A stretch of 64,000 nucleotides of DNA. Origin: Eledone cirrhosa (Eukaryota). A program made the position numbers and the translations under genes. The stretch spans positions 100,936,001 through 101,000,000 of the forward strand of contig OZ024741.1 in the NCBI GenBank assembly GCA_964016885.1, read 5' to 3'. The notes beneath the pieces are model-generated. The model searched no databases. It was not told the DNA's origin and was given only the letters and a program-made list of their open reading frames with translations. Shown piece after piece: positions 1-15,800 of this stretch (the first letter of the stretch is position 1; each line of letters starts with the position of its first letter).

Positions 1-777
1 TTGATAAAAAAAAGTACAAGTTTAGTAATGGGGTTGATTCTTCCTCTATATCTTTTTCTCACTTTCTATCCTTCTCTGGAAGAAATCTGCTGTGTTCAAA
101 CCTGGAGAGGGATGGGATCTGCCAGGTTTAAAATGCCCAAGAAATGTTGTATGTCATTATGGTGCCCCTATAACTCTATCAGGAGGAGTTACGTGACCAT
201 ACATACAAGAGTTCAATCAAACCTTTTTATACCATGTTTAAAAAAATCTTACATCTAGGTTCAATAAGTGCATTTGTTTCTAACATTTGGGACTTTTGCA
301 TAACCAGCATTATGCAATACTTTCTTACATAATATTGTAAGTGAAATTGATGAGGTTCTTGCAGAAATGTCCCAATGAATATTTACTTAGTAGTTTTTCT
401 AATGATTCAGTTCAATGGCTTTTAAGACACTTGAAAATATGACACATGACATTCATTGCTGCTGTGACACTGACACCACTGTTATACTACAATTGAACAA
501 GCTCTAATTTTGATATCAATTCATATTAATTTCTAAAATAAAATAAAGCCATGTATATATCTTCTTATACACATAACTAACATGTGTAAAACTCTGATTG
601 GATGACAAAAATGGCAATCATTTTGACTAACCTTGTACTTTAAGATCAAATGTTGAAGTATAGTTTGACAGCTGCAGTTAACAGTAAATATTTTTCTTAT
701 TACCAAGTCACATTGCTGAAACTGGGTTTTTAGATTAACATTTCCTACATTCTTGGTAATAACATAAACATAAAGGT

Positions 778-827
778 TTAACCTGCAACAATAAGAACAG
801 AATTCATTCTGTTGACTGAAGAAGACA
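778..827 (-). CDS. RANBP3: RanBP3 candidate terminal exon 15 (VSSSVNRMNSVLIVAG-stop)
   Basis: ttttcatag acceptor after an 84-nt intron, phase 1, TAA at 778-780. No homology support. Confidence 0.45.
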
Positions 828-3800
828 CTATGAAAATATGTTTGAACATGGTAAGTATTTCTAATTAATAATGATGTAAACTATAGTTTCAAGAAATAAT
901 AAAGTCTTCACCTTCTGTCTCAGGGTCCAGTACACTGCTATCAGATTCTTCTTTTGAGATTGATTTTGATTCCACAGAAGAAACACCTGCACTCAATTCT
1001 GGAAGTTTCCTGTGAAGAAAAAGGTTTTGATGACAATGATGACAACATATCTTATAAAAATCATTAAATAAGAAATGTCAAAATAAATTAACAAAAATAC
1101 AAGTTTCATATAAACTTATAAAACTTAAAAAAACTTGCTTTAGTTTCTTGGGGGAAACTCTGTCTTGAGATTCTGATTTTCTTTTGGATGCATTTCGTTT
1201 TTCAAGTTCTTCTTCTTCAGTTTTCAACTGCTGTATCCTCCATTCGATGGCTCTCATTATGTTGTCACTGTCCTTAGGGTTAGCCTGATAATATATATCA
1301 ATAATTGTTTCTAATTTAGGTAGAGTCAGATAATATATCAATAGTCAAAAATGATAACAGTTGGTACAAGGTAAGTTTTATAGCCAATACCTCATATTAG
1401 TAAATATTGTTGCAGCAAATAAAGATGAGTAGTTGGAACATCAAAAAATTAAATTGGGATGGTACAATGCAAAGAAAGAATTGTTTATAGATGAGAGGAG
1501 AATAACAACTGAACAATGGAAAGGGATAGGCACAAAAACAACCAGGACTTCAATGACAATTAATTGGGTAGATACTTACTACAATGAGAAACACTTTAAC
1601 TCCATCACCGTCAGTGGCAGTTAGTCGTACACTCTTCTGACTGGCTTTCTTCACGGTCATTCCTGTCCAAATTTTGGTGTTCAATATCACTCGTAGACTT
1701 CCCTGTGATCTCATTACTGAAATACAATAGATGCAAACACTAAATTATCCACAAAAGTATAAAATAAGAATGTCTGTAACAAATATCAGGTAATGTGAGA
1801 TCAAATATACTTTTTGCATTTTTGAAATTATTTCAAATGACTTGATTGCACACTATCTTAATTACCTTTTAGTACTTAGCACCCTTCTTCAACCAATTTG
1901 CTAGCAAACTGTCTGAAACCACTTTTGGTTCTTTGATACTAAGCTGTTTATATTTATCTAAAACCCTTCCATCATAATAATTTTATGTAAGTTATGCCCC
2001 AAACACCAACTTAATGAGAAAGTTATATTACTAAATCCCTTCAAATTCTCTATTTTCAAAATTATTTGAAAATCATTGGCAACGCCTTTCATTAGAAATA
2101 TAATAAAGAAAAAAAAACCAAAAAAACAACACATCTGGGCAAATATCATGGCAAAATATGTGTCAAACCAACTTCATGACTGAGTGAAAAGTAACAGGAA
2201 GAGCATATAACTAGAAAGAAATAATTGTTCCAACACCTGCTATATTATGGTGAAATGTGAAAGGCAAAAGCAGTCAGTGAAATCAATAACAGGGAGAGGT
2301 ATTAATAGTTCAAACAGCAAACAAAAATAGAAATCAAATTCTAGGAATTATTTCTTCGAATTTGCATCTTAACTCCTGTAATGATTTAGCAAAAAATATT
2401 CTAAAAAGTTTATAGTATCTTTACTAGTTTACTTTAATTATTAATGTGATAGTCAGGGTGCTAATTTTCAAGAATGTCTTGCTAATGTCTTTTCATGTTC
2501 ACCCCAACCCCTACCCTCTTGCTCTTGCGAGCTAACATGAAATTCATTTGTTTTTCAGTTGTTTGAAAAGCTATCAAAATGGTAAATTTAAGAAAACAAT
2601 TTGCTGAAAAATAATAACGACAATGTGATGTTTTGGAGATGTTCACAACATGTTTGATCAGTTGATGGGGTCATTTTATAAAAACCCTGAAATATCCCTA
2701 TATTCTGATTCCATTCCATAGTCTAAAATACATTATACTATATTGGGAATACATGGAGTTTAAAGTTGTCAGTAGTGTTTTTTTAAAAATATTTTATAAT
2801 GGATAATTATATGATGAAAACATTTGTATTTCCAGTGTTTATTTTTTAACAATAACCACAGACATTTCAGGGCTAAACTGTATTGTAAATTGATGGCTAC
2901 AAATATTTATCATCATCTGTCCAAGTTTCTATGCTGGCATGGATTGGATAGGTTGTCATGGTCTGAGTAAGTAGTTATTAAGAGTTATTGACCTCCTAAA
3001 CAGGCCAGAAGACTTCAGCTCGTTTGTACTTCCAATTTTGGCATAGTTTCTATGCCAACCACTTTAAAGAGTACAACCCTAACCCTCTCCACTTGTTCAA
3101 TGCAATGAAAGAGAAGAGGGGAAGGAGGGGGTCAATAGAAGTGAGAGTATGATGGAAGAAACAGATTGATAAGAGTGAGAGGGAACAATAGAATAGAAAC
3201 AGTTATATATTTGTTGTTGGCAAGGAGATTGAATAGATCAGCAGAAAAAAGGTGAAAGAGAGTGATGGAAGAGGGAGTAATGAGTGAAGGAATATATTTA
3301 ATATGTATGACAGACCATTGTCACATTTTCAAAAACTGATCTTAAGAAAAGAACTTTTAATTCTTCCCCAGATTTAGCTTCAGCTATAATTAGGCCTTGA
3401 TTGGTAAAAATATATAATTCTCTTCAAAATACCAGAATATGAAGAGAGTGGAACTTTTTTTTTTGTCAATCTCGTAAACTCAGACAATGAGTTATGAGTA
3501 TCATTAAGGAATATAACAAAATGGCTCTGGTACTAAGATGACTTATGTCATCAATAATCATACTTCTTAGAGGTATGGAATCGTTAAACTAGCTACAAAT
3601 TCACAACCTACTTTAATTATGAAGAGGTCAAGTTGCTATGTATGATATTATAACCAATGATGTTATTAAAAGAAAGCATTTTAATAAACAGATTAGTAAA
3701 CTGAATAATTTTTAATATCACTTGATTTCTAAAAACATTACTGGAAATATTTGTCATAGGTTAAACCATATCAAAGAGCTTTGATTTGTTCACCACTATT

Positions 3801-6800
3801 AACTAACAAACACCAACTTATCCAAAATGATGTATTAGTAGTGTTTGCTAGTGGTCTCAAATGTTGCCTCACTCCCAAATCTATCTGAATGAATTTAAGA
3901 TAAATTGGACATAAAAAAATAAATAAAAATAAAACAAACTGGAGCAATAATTGATACAACATATGATATCTGAAATAACTCACCTAATCGAGACTGAAAT
4001 TTTACTGAATCATTTCCCACTAAATCATTCAACCGTAGAACACCCTGGCCTCGCTCTATCCACACCAAGGTCGGTTTATCAAATACAAATAATTTGCAGT
4101 TTGACTAGAAAAAGAAAATACAAACATGAATTTTTAAATACTTCTTCATTGATATGTTCAAGATATATTTGGAACATAACAAAGGCTCTTACATAAAATT
4201 ATGATGGAAGGTTTGGAAAACATATAAATGCTTTAAACAAACATCTTTGTATTGTAGAATCAGTGACAGTTTAGTATCAAAAGAGATAACTATTCCTTAA
4301 ACATAACTTAGGAATATAATGTAAACATTCAACACCACCACTAGTTCTATAATACAAAATTGCTTGCTAAGTGTTTATATTCATCTAAAGATTTTCCAGC
4401 ATTATTCTATGTAAAAACCTTTTTTAAAGTTGTGCTCCAAACACTAACTTAATGAGAAAGTTATTTAACTAAATTCTTCCATTTTTTAAAATTATTTTCA
4501 AAATTATTTGAAAATAACAGTGTCTTTCGTCAAATATATGGTAATGAAAGGGTTAAATATTCTGAAAATAGACATTGGGTTATTTTAGCATCTTGAAACC
4601 AGATGCAGTTCACAGCTGCAGACAATCATGTTGATAATACTCCAATAATTATTCTGACTATAAATCTTGTTGTCAATAGATTAATCTTCAATCAGTCAAT
4701 AGTGTCTAGACTGAGATCTTTGTACCAGCCAACCAGAAAACTAGACAGCCACTACTAAATCTCAGTTGTCAATGAAGAAAAAAAGTACAAATAATTGAAC
4801 TTTAGAGAGAGCCATTTCCAATAATTTTGCTATAGGTAATCACAGCACTCAGTTGCCTTAAAAGAGATCAAAAGCCTACAAAAACAAATTATGAACATTT
4901 TGTTGGTTATCCAGTTTTAGAACAGGTACAAAAACTAGAAACATCAACCAGCATTAATAACCAGATAGAAAGGGAGCTGGAAAGAAATAACTGGCATTTA
5001 AACCTGGTCCCTGATCTGAAGATAACATAGCATCTTGATGTGATGAATTCTACTACAGCAACCCATGAATTGTGGCTTCTTCCTCACTTTTCCCTAACTA
5101 GACTCAGGGCTCTGTAAAAGAGTAGTGGTGTTACTCTTCTTCCTTTGACTAAGCTATATCTCACATAATATCGAATCTATGAGATTTTGATATTTATTTT
5201 GAGAACAATACCTTAACATCAGTATGAGTGGCCAGTTACAGCCAGTTTGAACAGAAAGAGGTGAGAGAATTCTAGCCGGATACAACTGGTTTAAATGCTA
5301 ATGGGTGAAATTGTAATTTGAACTTAAAACATACTACAAGGTATTTTGTCTGGAATTCTACTGATTTTGCTACTTCCCTGTTCAATGAAAATTACTAATT
5401 TATCACAACAAAGAAATTATAATTAAAATATATTTCACACAGCTCACCTCCTCTGCATTGAAAAATCAATAAAATGCATAACAGAGTAACAAGCATTACC
5501 TGTAAAACATTGGACTCATCTTCCTCACCAGTTTTCACCTCAATCTCTTTGTATTCCATTCTCACATCATGTTTCATTTGATATTCTCGAGCTGATTCTT
5601 CAAGAGACTGGCATGGTTTCTCTGAAAATGGTCATTTAAAACCAATAGAGATGTGATATATATTCTTTAAGACAGAGAGACTAACTATATATATGATGAC
5701 AACAACAAGCATCTGAAGGCCATTTCCCCCCACTACAACAGAGTTTAACCAGCCCATCATCTGCATCCGCCCTCACAAACTCTTTGGCTTTTATTTCCTT
5801 CTCCATCACTTTTAGCCATGTCTTCCTTGGTTTTCCACTTCTTTCCATTGTCCCTCTCATCTAGCTACTTTCATCCTTCTTCAACATAAGACTCAACTAT
5901 ATCATTCCATTTCTCTTCACAACATTTATCACTGGCTCTATTCCCATCATCCACCACAATCCATTGTTTCATATATGATGGCAACAATATTAAAATTTTA
6001 ACTTCAGTGATTATTGGATTTCAAATTCAGAATTCAATCAGAAAAAAAAGTGTTTCCAACTGAACTACTCGTAAGATATTTGTTTTGCACCTAATTACAA
6101 ATACTCTCTTATTACTCTATAAATCATCATCATCACCCCAAGTTCTAATTTACTGATACTTAGCATTGTTTGAGGAGGCAATAATATGAGAAACTAAGAG
6201 AACAATATAACTAGTTATTTGATTAAATATGTAAGAACTGGGATATAATTTCTAATCTAGGCACAAGACCTGCAATTTGTTGAGAGGAGTAAGTATATCA
6301 ACCTAAGCATTTGATTAGTACCTTATTTTATAAATCCTGGTTGGAAATACATCCAATAGGTTAGATAGTACACATATAAGGTGTGAGAATGACTCCTATT
6401 ATAATTTTCTCTTTCACTTATTTATAATAACTGTTAAGGAAAAAAAAAAATCTATAATTAAAATATGAAAAATTGTTTCACTTCACAATTTTGATGGATG
6501 AATCAGTTAACTGGATTATTATGATTTTTTTTAAATTTTTAGGCAAGGAAGATAAGACAGTGTCTATGAACCTCTTTAGTGCCACAGAGACTGGTTGGAG
6601 GGATGAAAGTATCCCCAATTTAGAAGCTTGGTTTGAATGATTGCAAATAAGTGGACATCACTAAAGGCACCAAAGGGCCAGGTGGGTAACAGAATTAAGT
6701 TTAAAACTCAATGTGGTATAGTTTCCATTGTATATAAACAACTAATCCAAAATTTTCTCGTTTTAAACTTAGTTCACAAAATATTAAATGAGATAAAAAC

Positions 6801-9800
6801 GGTATTTTATAATGTCAATGTTTCAGTTCTCTGTGCTTCAGGTATAAAACACATTTAACCCTTTTGATACAAAACCACATGAAACTCTTTGGTTCCATGA
6901 TACCAAACTTTTTATTTTAACCTTTATATTTATCTAAAATTCTTCCATCTGAAACCAATCGAGTTTACTCTACTTACTTTAGCTAATTTATTCAAAGGGA
7001 GGAATGACATACTTGATAGTATTAGGAAGGCATACATAAATAAATATGTTTCAGAATTATAGGAAACTTTGCTGGGATTTTCAGGACTATTTAATGCAAG
7101 CTAAGATGGAAAATATATTTAAAGTCACATAGTACTTCTTGCATGACTATAAAAAATGTCCTCTTATTAACTTCTATCACCCATAAGTTCATTGTGACTC
7201 TTCACTCCCAGGATATTACTGTTCGTATTCTTGTGTTACCATTCTTCCATAAATTCCCTGCTACTCTACCTTTTCCACCATACTCTAACTCACTTCTCCC
7301 ATTACTATCTCTCTTCTATTTTCCTCAATAACACTGTCTCCCTCCCATTACCCCTACCTTTAATTCAGTATGTTTCTCTATTCATACAGGTGTGGATGTA
7401 GCTTGGTAAATGGTTAAATAGTTTGCTTTGCATGGCATCTTGGCCAAATGTTATTTATTTTAGTCTTGGGTTGACCAATGCCTTGCAAATGAAATTAGGT
7501 AGATGGAAACTGTTTGGAAATTCATTTGATGGACTATACCTGTAATTCTAAGGACTAGCCATGTCACAGTTTGTGTCATACTGAATATCCATGAGAATTA
7601 CATGTCTGTGGAATGCTATGTTAATTACATGAATAGGCTATTCTGTTGATTGAACAACTGGAAAACTCTGTCAAAACTGATGGAAATTCATTCCATTCCA
7701 CTCTCACATTTCCCATCCCTTATTGCTCTCTTTTCTTTTCATCCTCTTGGTCACATTGCCTTTAAGAAATGGAAACAATGTAGGGTAGTGAATACTCTTT
7801 AGTCCTGCAAGATTCAAGGCAAATGCACTAGTGTTTGTGCCATGCTAAATGCAGTCAGTACATTCTATAATGGGGTTGACGACTGAACAAAAAAATGAAG
7901 GGTGGAGAGGACTCTTTAGTCCTGCTGAGGATATAATGACTTCTCTAGTGATGTGATCCTTTGAGCTGCCTCGTTTCAAACTGTGGATGACTCATTCAAC
8001 CCACGCCAGCATGAAAAGCAGATGTAAAGTGGCGATAATTTTGATGATAATGGGTGATGCAGGATGCAAATTCAAAATAATGGGACTTTGAAATTGGTGA
8101 TATTCAAGGTAAAATATCCTACTAAAGGAACAGATTACTGAGAGTATACAGTCCATCAACTGATCACTTATTAAATGATTAATGCTTAATAGTGAAAAAT
8201 CAAAAGAAAATATCTGCTCACCGGGATTTGTACTTTCTTCAGATGAGTCATTGTGATCTGGAAGAGGAGAAGATGGCTTGTCAGTAGCCACAACTCTATC
8301 AGCAAGATTTTCACCAAATACAAATCCAGAACAATTATTACTCTTTTCAGAATTTTGATTAAGACCCTATAAAAAAAATGCAGATAGTAAGATATTAATA
8401 CAACCAAACACAATATAATCTTAATAATACAAAGAAAAAAAAAACACTAACCCCTTTGATACCAAAATACATGAAAATACCCTTGGTTCTATGATTTTAA
8501 GCTGTTTATTTTAGGGTGTTTAAAAACCTATCATAATTTTATGTAAGAACCATTGTTATGTTCCAAACAACAGCTTGATAATGGGAAAGTTAATTCTATT
8601 ACTAAATCCTTGATTATTTTCAAAAGGATTTGAAAATTATTGGCAGTCTGTCATTAGAAATATGGTAATGAAAAACTGAATAATTAAGTAGGAACTAGTG
8701 TCAAAAGAATTTAAATTTGATATTTAGCAAGGCAGGTGTGAGCAGAGTTGCCATAGGTATTTATTAGTGTGTGGTTGCTATGAGGGAGGTGCTATCTTAC
8801 CTTGTAAAATTAAGCCCCAAATGCATTTGGCATTGTTGTTGTTATGACTTACAGTCTTGAAGGTTTAGGCAGCATCCCATCCCATGAGGTTCATTACTTA
8901 AGAGGTCCCTTGGGTGTTTTAATAACATGAGAACCTAAGTCTTATCATGATTCACTCAAAAGGCAATGTAAATACTAGTAGCAAACAGAAGTGATCAGCA
9001 AAACTGAATGGGGTGTATGGCTGGTGAGATATGGTCAAACAACATCATTAGTGTTGGGATACCAGGCCAGTGACTTCCAAAGCATTAATGTCCATGACAT
9101 TTCTAGCTAATTTGATGTGTGAGAGAGAAAGTAAAATGTGAACTTACAACAACACGTTCATGAAGGTTGGTACCAAAAATAAATTCTCCTCCAGAAGCAG
9201 CAGCACCACCAGCAACAGGGGCGGCAGCAGGAGCAGCATCAGTATTATTATTATTTACACTAGACTGACCAGTGTGGAGGTTCACAGGACTGTTGTTATT
9301 ACCAACTCTGCAAACACAGTTTCACATTAACATTTTACAAGAAATGTTTTAAGAAATAAAATTTTAAACTGAATATGATGCAAGTTGATACATACACAAA
9401 CACATAATTTACACACCCACACACACATTTACAGAGATATATACATACACACACACAGTTTGAATACATATAGACTAACAAAACAAAATAGACACTAGGC
9501 TGAAATAAGTAGTCAATATAACTGAATAAATCACTTGAAGAGGGTTCCCTAGCATAGTTGCAATCCAACACTTTTAAAAAATATATTACTGTTTAAACAG
9601 AGGGAGCAGTGTTAAACACATGGTTCAAATGCTTGCAAAAGGGTGGATTCAGCTAGAGACATTCAAGGGACAGGTGGAGGTGTTAAACTAGGTGACAAAT
9701 AAGTCTACCACTGAAATCAGTAAAAGAATAAAAGAATTTCTATTATATAAAGCTGGCATGAGTAATGTTTTGTTCCTTTTTAAATATACAGGTATTTTGT

Positions 9801-12800
9801 TAAACAATATTTTTATAGCTGGATATGATTCTACTACCTGTGAAAAATGAATAGTACTAATAATGCACTAGTAGAAAGGGTGGTCAGTAGTCTGGAACTT
9901 TAAACTATCAACCATTGTTTTGAATCAATATTAATTTGGGATTTAATGAACTAGTGTCAATATCTTATGAAAAAGCAAAAAAATGGAGAAAAGCCAGTTA
10001 ATACTGTGTTGTATTACCTACTAAAAATTGGTGCGGAGAACTTAGGTGATGATGAGGATGATGAAGATGATGATGATGCAGTGTCATTATCACCAGTTGT
10101 GGTTGTAATTCCACCATCAACAGGTTTCAACTGATTCAAATCGCTGTTGGAAGAGATGTTTTCTTTTGGAGTCACAGCTTCACTAACTCGCTTTGATGAC
10201 GACGAGTCAGCATCAGGTTGACCTGAAAAAAGAAAAAGACAATAAAAACCCATTCACTTTTTAACTCTTGATGCCAACCGTCTGAAACCGACCCTGTTTC
10301 TATGATATAGAACTTCAATTAAAGTATCCATACTTATATTAAAACCTTACATCACAATTTTATGTAAGACTTTTTTCTAAAATAATGAACCAAACATCAG
10401 TTTAATTACAATAAAAGTTAATTATTTGTTATTCTCAATGTTAATTAAAACATACAGGTTGTATATTTAATTAGAAATGAGGTAACAAAAGGGTTAAGAG
10501 AAAGTGATTAACACATTTGCAACAATAATTATAACAAAAATACACTGTATTGTATGATTCAGTTAACCCTTTCATTACCATATTTTTCATGAAAAACAAT
10601 GCCTAGGAGTTGCAAATAATTCTTAAAATATAAAAAAATCTGGAAAGATTTAATAGGGCATATAACATAAAACTATGATGGAAGATTTATAGATAAAACA
10701 TTTTAAAACAAACAGTCCATCAAACCTTTCATCATAATTTTATGAAAGACTTTTTTCACATTTCTCCACAGAACATCATAATTCCTTTTCACTTCTCCAG
10801 CCTAAAACATAGGATGAAGTAGTGAAGTCTGATTTTAGAAAGTTAAACTTCCCAATGGAGATGACTGGTCAAGACATGTAATATTAAAGACTTGCCTATA
10901 AAAACAAGATGTCTCTCCATTTCTATTATAGAATCTGCTGTCTCCTCATCTAATGCATCTTTGCATATGAGATATGGCCAATGCTAATTGGTTCATACTC
11001 TATCACACCCCACACCATAGCTCTTTAGTAATTACTCTTACCATCACTGTAACCCAAGCCAGTTAAATCCCACTACACTTGTCATAGCTATTTAATAACT
11101 ATTCTAGCCATTACATTACCCTTCCACTATCTGTCAACTCCAACCCTGTCTCCACTGTATATCAAACAAACCCTCACTCTATCAGAGATCAGTCTCCCCA
11201 TATTGTGTTAAATCCCACCACACTTGTCATAACTCTTTAGTAGCTATACTCATCATCACTGTACTTGCCTCATTCTATCTTTGATACCTGCCACCCCATC
11301 CCTTGTCTCCTTCGTTTCATCTTGCCAAACCCCAACACACTTGTGATATATAATTGTCATCTTTTCTTATCCCCTACCTATTGACATACAACCATGATTT
11401 CATACTTGCTATCCTTCTTACACCCACTCTCATTCTCTAAATCAGGCAGCCTTGGCACAAGGTTTCTTCTTTTCCCATAAGAGTATAGAGGCTCCTCAGT
11501 CGAATCAATGACTAACAACTAAGTACTGATACCACTATAAAATCCACCCTGTAAAGAGGTAGCATTAGTACCATGATAAAACTCACCCAACCAACCCTTG
11601 AAAGTGGTAGTGTTGGTACCTTGATAAAATACAACCAGTCCACATTGTAAAGTGGTAGTGCTAGTGTCCTGATAAAATGCACTTAGTACACTCTGTAAAG
11701 TGGTTGATATTAGAAAAGGACATTCAACCATAAAAACCAAGCCAAAATGGAATGGACGAGCAAGACATAGTCATCTTATGTGTCTAGTCTCATATGTTCA
11801 AAGGCTGTGCCTAAGCATTGCCACAGGCCAATGGCTGAAAGCAGTAAAAGAATACAAACTAATAATTCCAACTTACTTTTTTCAACAGAATTTTTATTTG
11901 TAGGGTCTGGTAAAGTGGCAGGTTTGATCAAAGAGTGAACATTCTGAGAAGACTGAACATCTAGATTGAAAAAACAATGAATATAGAAATAGAACCAGAT
12001 AGTAAAGATCATGTCTTGGCATAAATGGATGATTATATATATATTATATACATGTGTGTGTATCATCACCATCATTGTAATATATAATATACAAAAAATA
12101 ACCTGTTTACATAACAGGTGTATCTATTGCAAAAACACACATACATATATAAACGAGTATAAAATCACCTGGAACTGCTCTTGGTTCTATGATATAATAT
12201 TTTAAAGTATTTATAATTTATCTAAAAACCTTCCATCACAATTTATGAAAGAACACGTGTTGAGGTATGTTCCAAACATTTTGAAATGAAAATTAGTTAT
12301 ATTACTAAATCCCTCTAAATTCTTGACTATTTTCAGAACCATTGGCAATGTCATTCATTAGCAATAGGGTAATGAAAGGGTTAAGTTGTATGGCATAAAA
12401 CTAATATGGGAGAAAATTGTCAAAATAAAATAGCAAAAGCACGATCATCAAAAGGTTGTAATGAGGTAACACTGGTAACATGATAAAATACACCCAGTTC
12501 ACCCTGCAAAGTTTTAAAATAAGAATGTTGGCCAGATTATTAAATCTCCCCAAATTCTAGATAATTTTCAAAACTATTCAAAACTCATAGGCAGTATCTT
12601 TCATTAGAAATATGGTAATGAAACGGTTAAGATTAGTAAATTTGAATTAATGAAAAATATGATGTCCAGCAAGTGGCTACAGCATTAAGGTACTCAAACA
12701 ATGTTACACGCATTAAAATGGATTTTATATGCCTCATATTATAGCCAATGGAGAAAAGCTGCCTAAAAGCATAAATCTATATAATAGGTAGAGGTTTATT

Positions 12801-15800
12801 AATAGTATAATTATGCTCCTTCATATTTAACATCTGGTTTTCTATGCTGATAGTAATAGGAAAACTAGAATAACTTAAAATAATACTTACTAAATTTAGA
12901 GGGAGCTAAAAGAGAGGCAGGCCAGAAAACTCCTCGTTTTCCATCTATGGAAAGAAAAAAAATATATACATACATATGTATATTGAAACGCCCTACAACC
13001 ACAAATCAATTCCCCCCTTGCTCCAATTGTCCATCAAAAATAGTAAAGCCCCTTTGAAATATAATTTTAAATAATAAATTATCTCATTTTGGCTGAAAGT
13101 AGTCTAAAAAATTTCCAGCCATTCTAACAACATTGGTGTCTTGCAGTTCAAAAATGACAGAATTTTTATTAAATGTTCATATTTGTTTTTTGTTAACTAT
13201 AGTGTTGTTGGTTACAAGTTTCTAAATGAACCCTAATCACTGGTCCACTGCATTTACAATGACAAAAGTGACATGGCAGCATCTGTGCAACTTGGGCAGA
13301 ACAATTACCACGCTAGGATTTTGTTTATCAGTTTTTTTTTTGATAATATATATTGGAGTTCCATACACATGAGTGCGACATGGTTCTCCAACCCACCTAG
13401 TCAGAGATTGCAATAACCAATCCAACTCAGGCAACAATCAACTGAAACCATTACTAATATACATATGTCTTTCTATCTCTTCTATTTTCTTTCTACTCAA
13501 TACCATGGAAATATGTTCCCTTAAAATTAAATCTAGCTTTTGTTCTTATATTCATTGCTGTATTGCTTAATATCAATATTGTTTCAATGCTATTTCGATA
13601 TTGCATCAGTATTGATTTGATATTGTTTCCTTATTGTATTGATATAGTATCATTATTGTATCAATATTGTTTCCATATACACCCCCTCATTTTGATGCTC
13701 CACTCTTCACTAACCAAGTACTAGAACCCTAGACCTACCACTCCAATCCTCACCCTACACCCACCCACTCCATTTTCCACTTTTGAGGCACCGCACTTGA
13801 CAAACCCATGTATACAAGCATGGAAAGATGACCATGCTCTCCCACAATGCTACTGAAATGGCTAATAGTGCTCAGCACACCCTGTAAGGTGGTCATGCTG
13901 GTGACACAACAAAAGCCCCTAGTTCTCAATGCAAGATGCTGTGACAAAATAGCACCTAGCCGTCATGACAAAAGTGTCCCACCCACACTGTAAAGTGGTT
14001 GTTTTAGTGCTGCAAGAAAATGTGCTCAGTCCACATTGTAAAGTGGTTGTTTTGGAGCTACAACACTGAATGTATGTTATATTCAGGAGATGAGATGGAG
14101 AGGCGCCTCTGCAAGACTTCTCACAGGCAAACAACATAGATACAAGCTCATCTGGCTATGTAATGACGACGGGGTAGGTGGAATAGGCATTCTACTAGCT
14201 GAGAAGTGGGTAAATAAGGTAATCAAAGCAGTTAAAATAAGCAAAAGAATTATCAAACTTAGAATAGACATAATGACAACAATTATCTCTAACTATGCAC
14301 AACAAACAGGACTAAGTAAGAAACAAATGGGCTGCTTTTATGAACAACCTCAGTTACTGACGACAGAGACTGTATCATCCTATCAGATGACTTTAATGAA
14401 CCCGTTGGACAGCACAAGGATGGCTACATCACTGTACACAGAGGCTATGCCTCAAGAAATGAAGAGGGAATGAGACTCCTGAAATTCTGTGATGCAAATG
14501 ATTTAACCATTTGCAACACTAACTTCCACCTGATCACCTACCTGTCAGGTGAACACATGAACAAGATTGACTTTGTACTGGTTAAAAAAACGAGATAAGA
14601 CAGATGGTTAGAAATATTAAGACCTTCCCCAGTGAGCAATGCACTACTCAACATAAGTTAGTTATTAGTGACATCAAAATAAGTTCAAGACAGAAGAGGA
14701 AACACAAGAGAATCTGGAGGAGAATTTGGAGGCTAAAGGACCTTTCTGTTAAGTGAAGATTCATGAAAGCTTTACGTGAGGCATATGAGAAGGGAAACGA
14801 ATTAGACATATGACAGAGGACACTTGGAAATTCCTATATGATAACCACCTACAGACTATTGAAAAGACTTGTAGCTGGAGCAAAGCACAAGCCAGACAGA
14901 GCTATTAAAACCAAGAAACAGGCATGGAAAGACTGGAAAAATTGAGGCAGCAGAGACCAGAACCAGGAAGCTAAAAGAAAGGCCAGACGACACGTATACA
15001 TAGCATGAAAAGAAGCTGAAAGGGGGGGGTTTGCCAATGTCTTGCCATGTGAAAACCGAGGCAGTGTGTCAGTATAAATCAGGATATTGTTGGGGAAAAG
15101 TGTGTTTGAAATGATACTGGTGCAATCAGCTTCTATATCTAGCTTTTGTTGATCTAGAAAAAGCCTTTAACAGAGTCTTCAGGTAGTCCTTAAGGAAACT
15201 AGATGTAGATGAGTGGTTTGTAACAGCAGTGCAAGCCATGTACAGAGGAGTGGTAAGTAAAGGGAGAATTAGAATTGAGTTTAGTGATGAATTCAAGGTA
15301 GAGGTAGGAGAGCGTCAGCGTTCCGTTCTTAGCCCACATCTGTTTATCCTAGTCTTCCTGGCTATAACAGGAGTTTAAGACTGGTTGCCTATAGGAACTA
15401 CTGTATGCTGAGTATCCTCATAGCTGAATCTGGAAGAACTAGGGAATAAATTCCAGTTGTGGAAACAGAACTTAGAATAAGGAGGCTTAGAGTAAATTTA
15501 GCAAAAACCAAAATGTTAACAAATAGGAAAGATAGGTCACTAATCTCACCAGGGAAATGGTCTTGCTTGATATGTAGAAAAGGAGTAGGCATAAATTCTA
15601 TATGATGTACACAATGCAAATCGGGGTTTCACAAAAGCTGTAGTGAGATAACAGAAAGACTAATAGAAAAGGAAGACTTTGTATGTAGTAGTTCAGGGAC
15701 AATTGATAGTTAGGCTGCCAATAATAATAATAATAAAATAATATAAACCATTTCCAATCCCTTCTTGGGATTGGAAATGGTTTATTTCATTTTTTGCTAT

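Noticed and set aside
3771-3885. Extra RanBP3 exon after exon 11
   Set aside because: The Ran-binding domain continues seamlessly from 3984 to 1716; this segment shows no similarity and would interrupt it.
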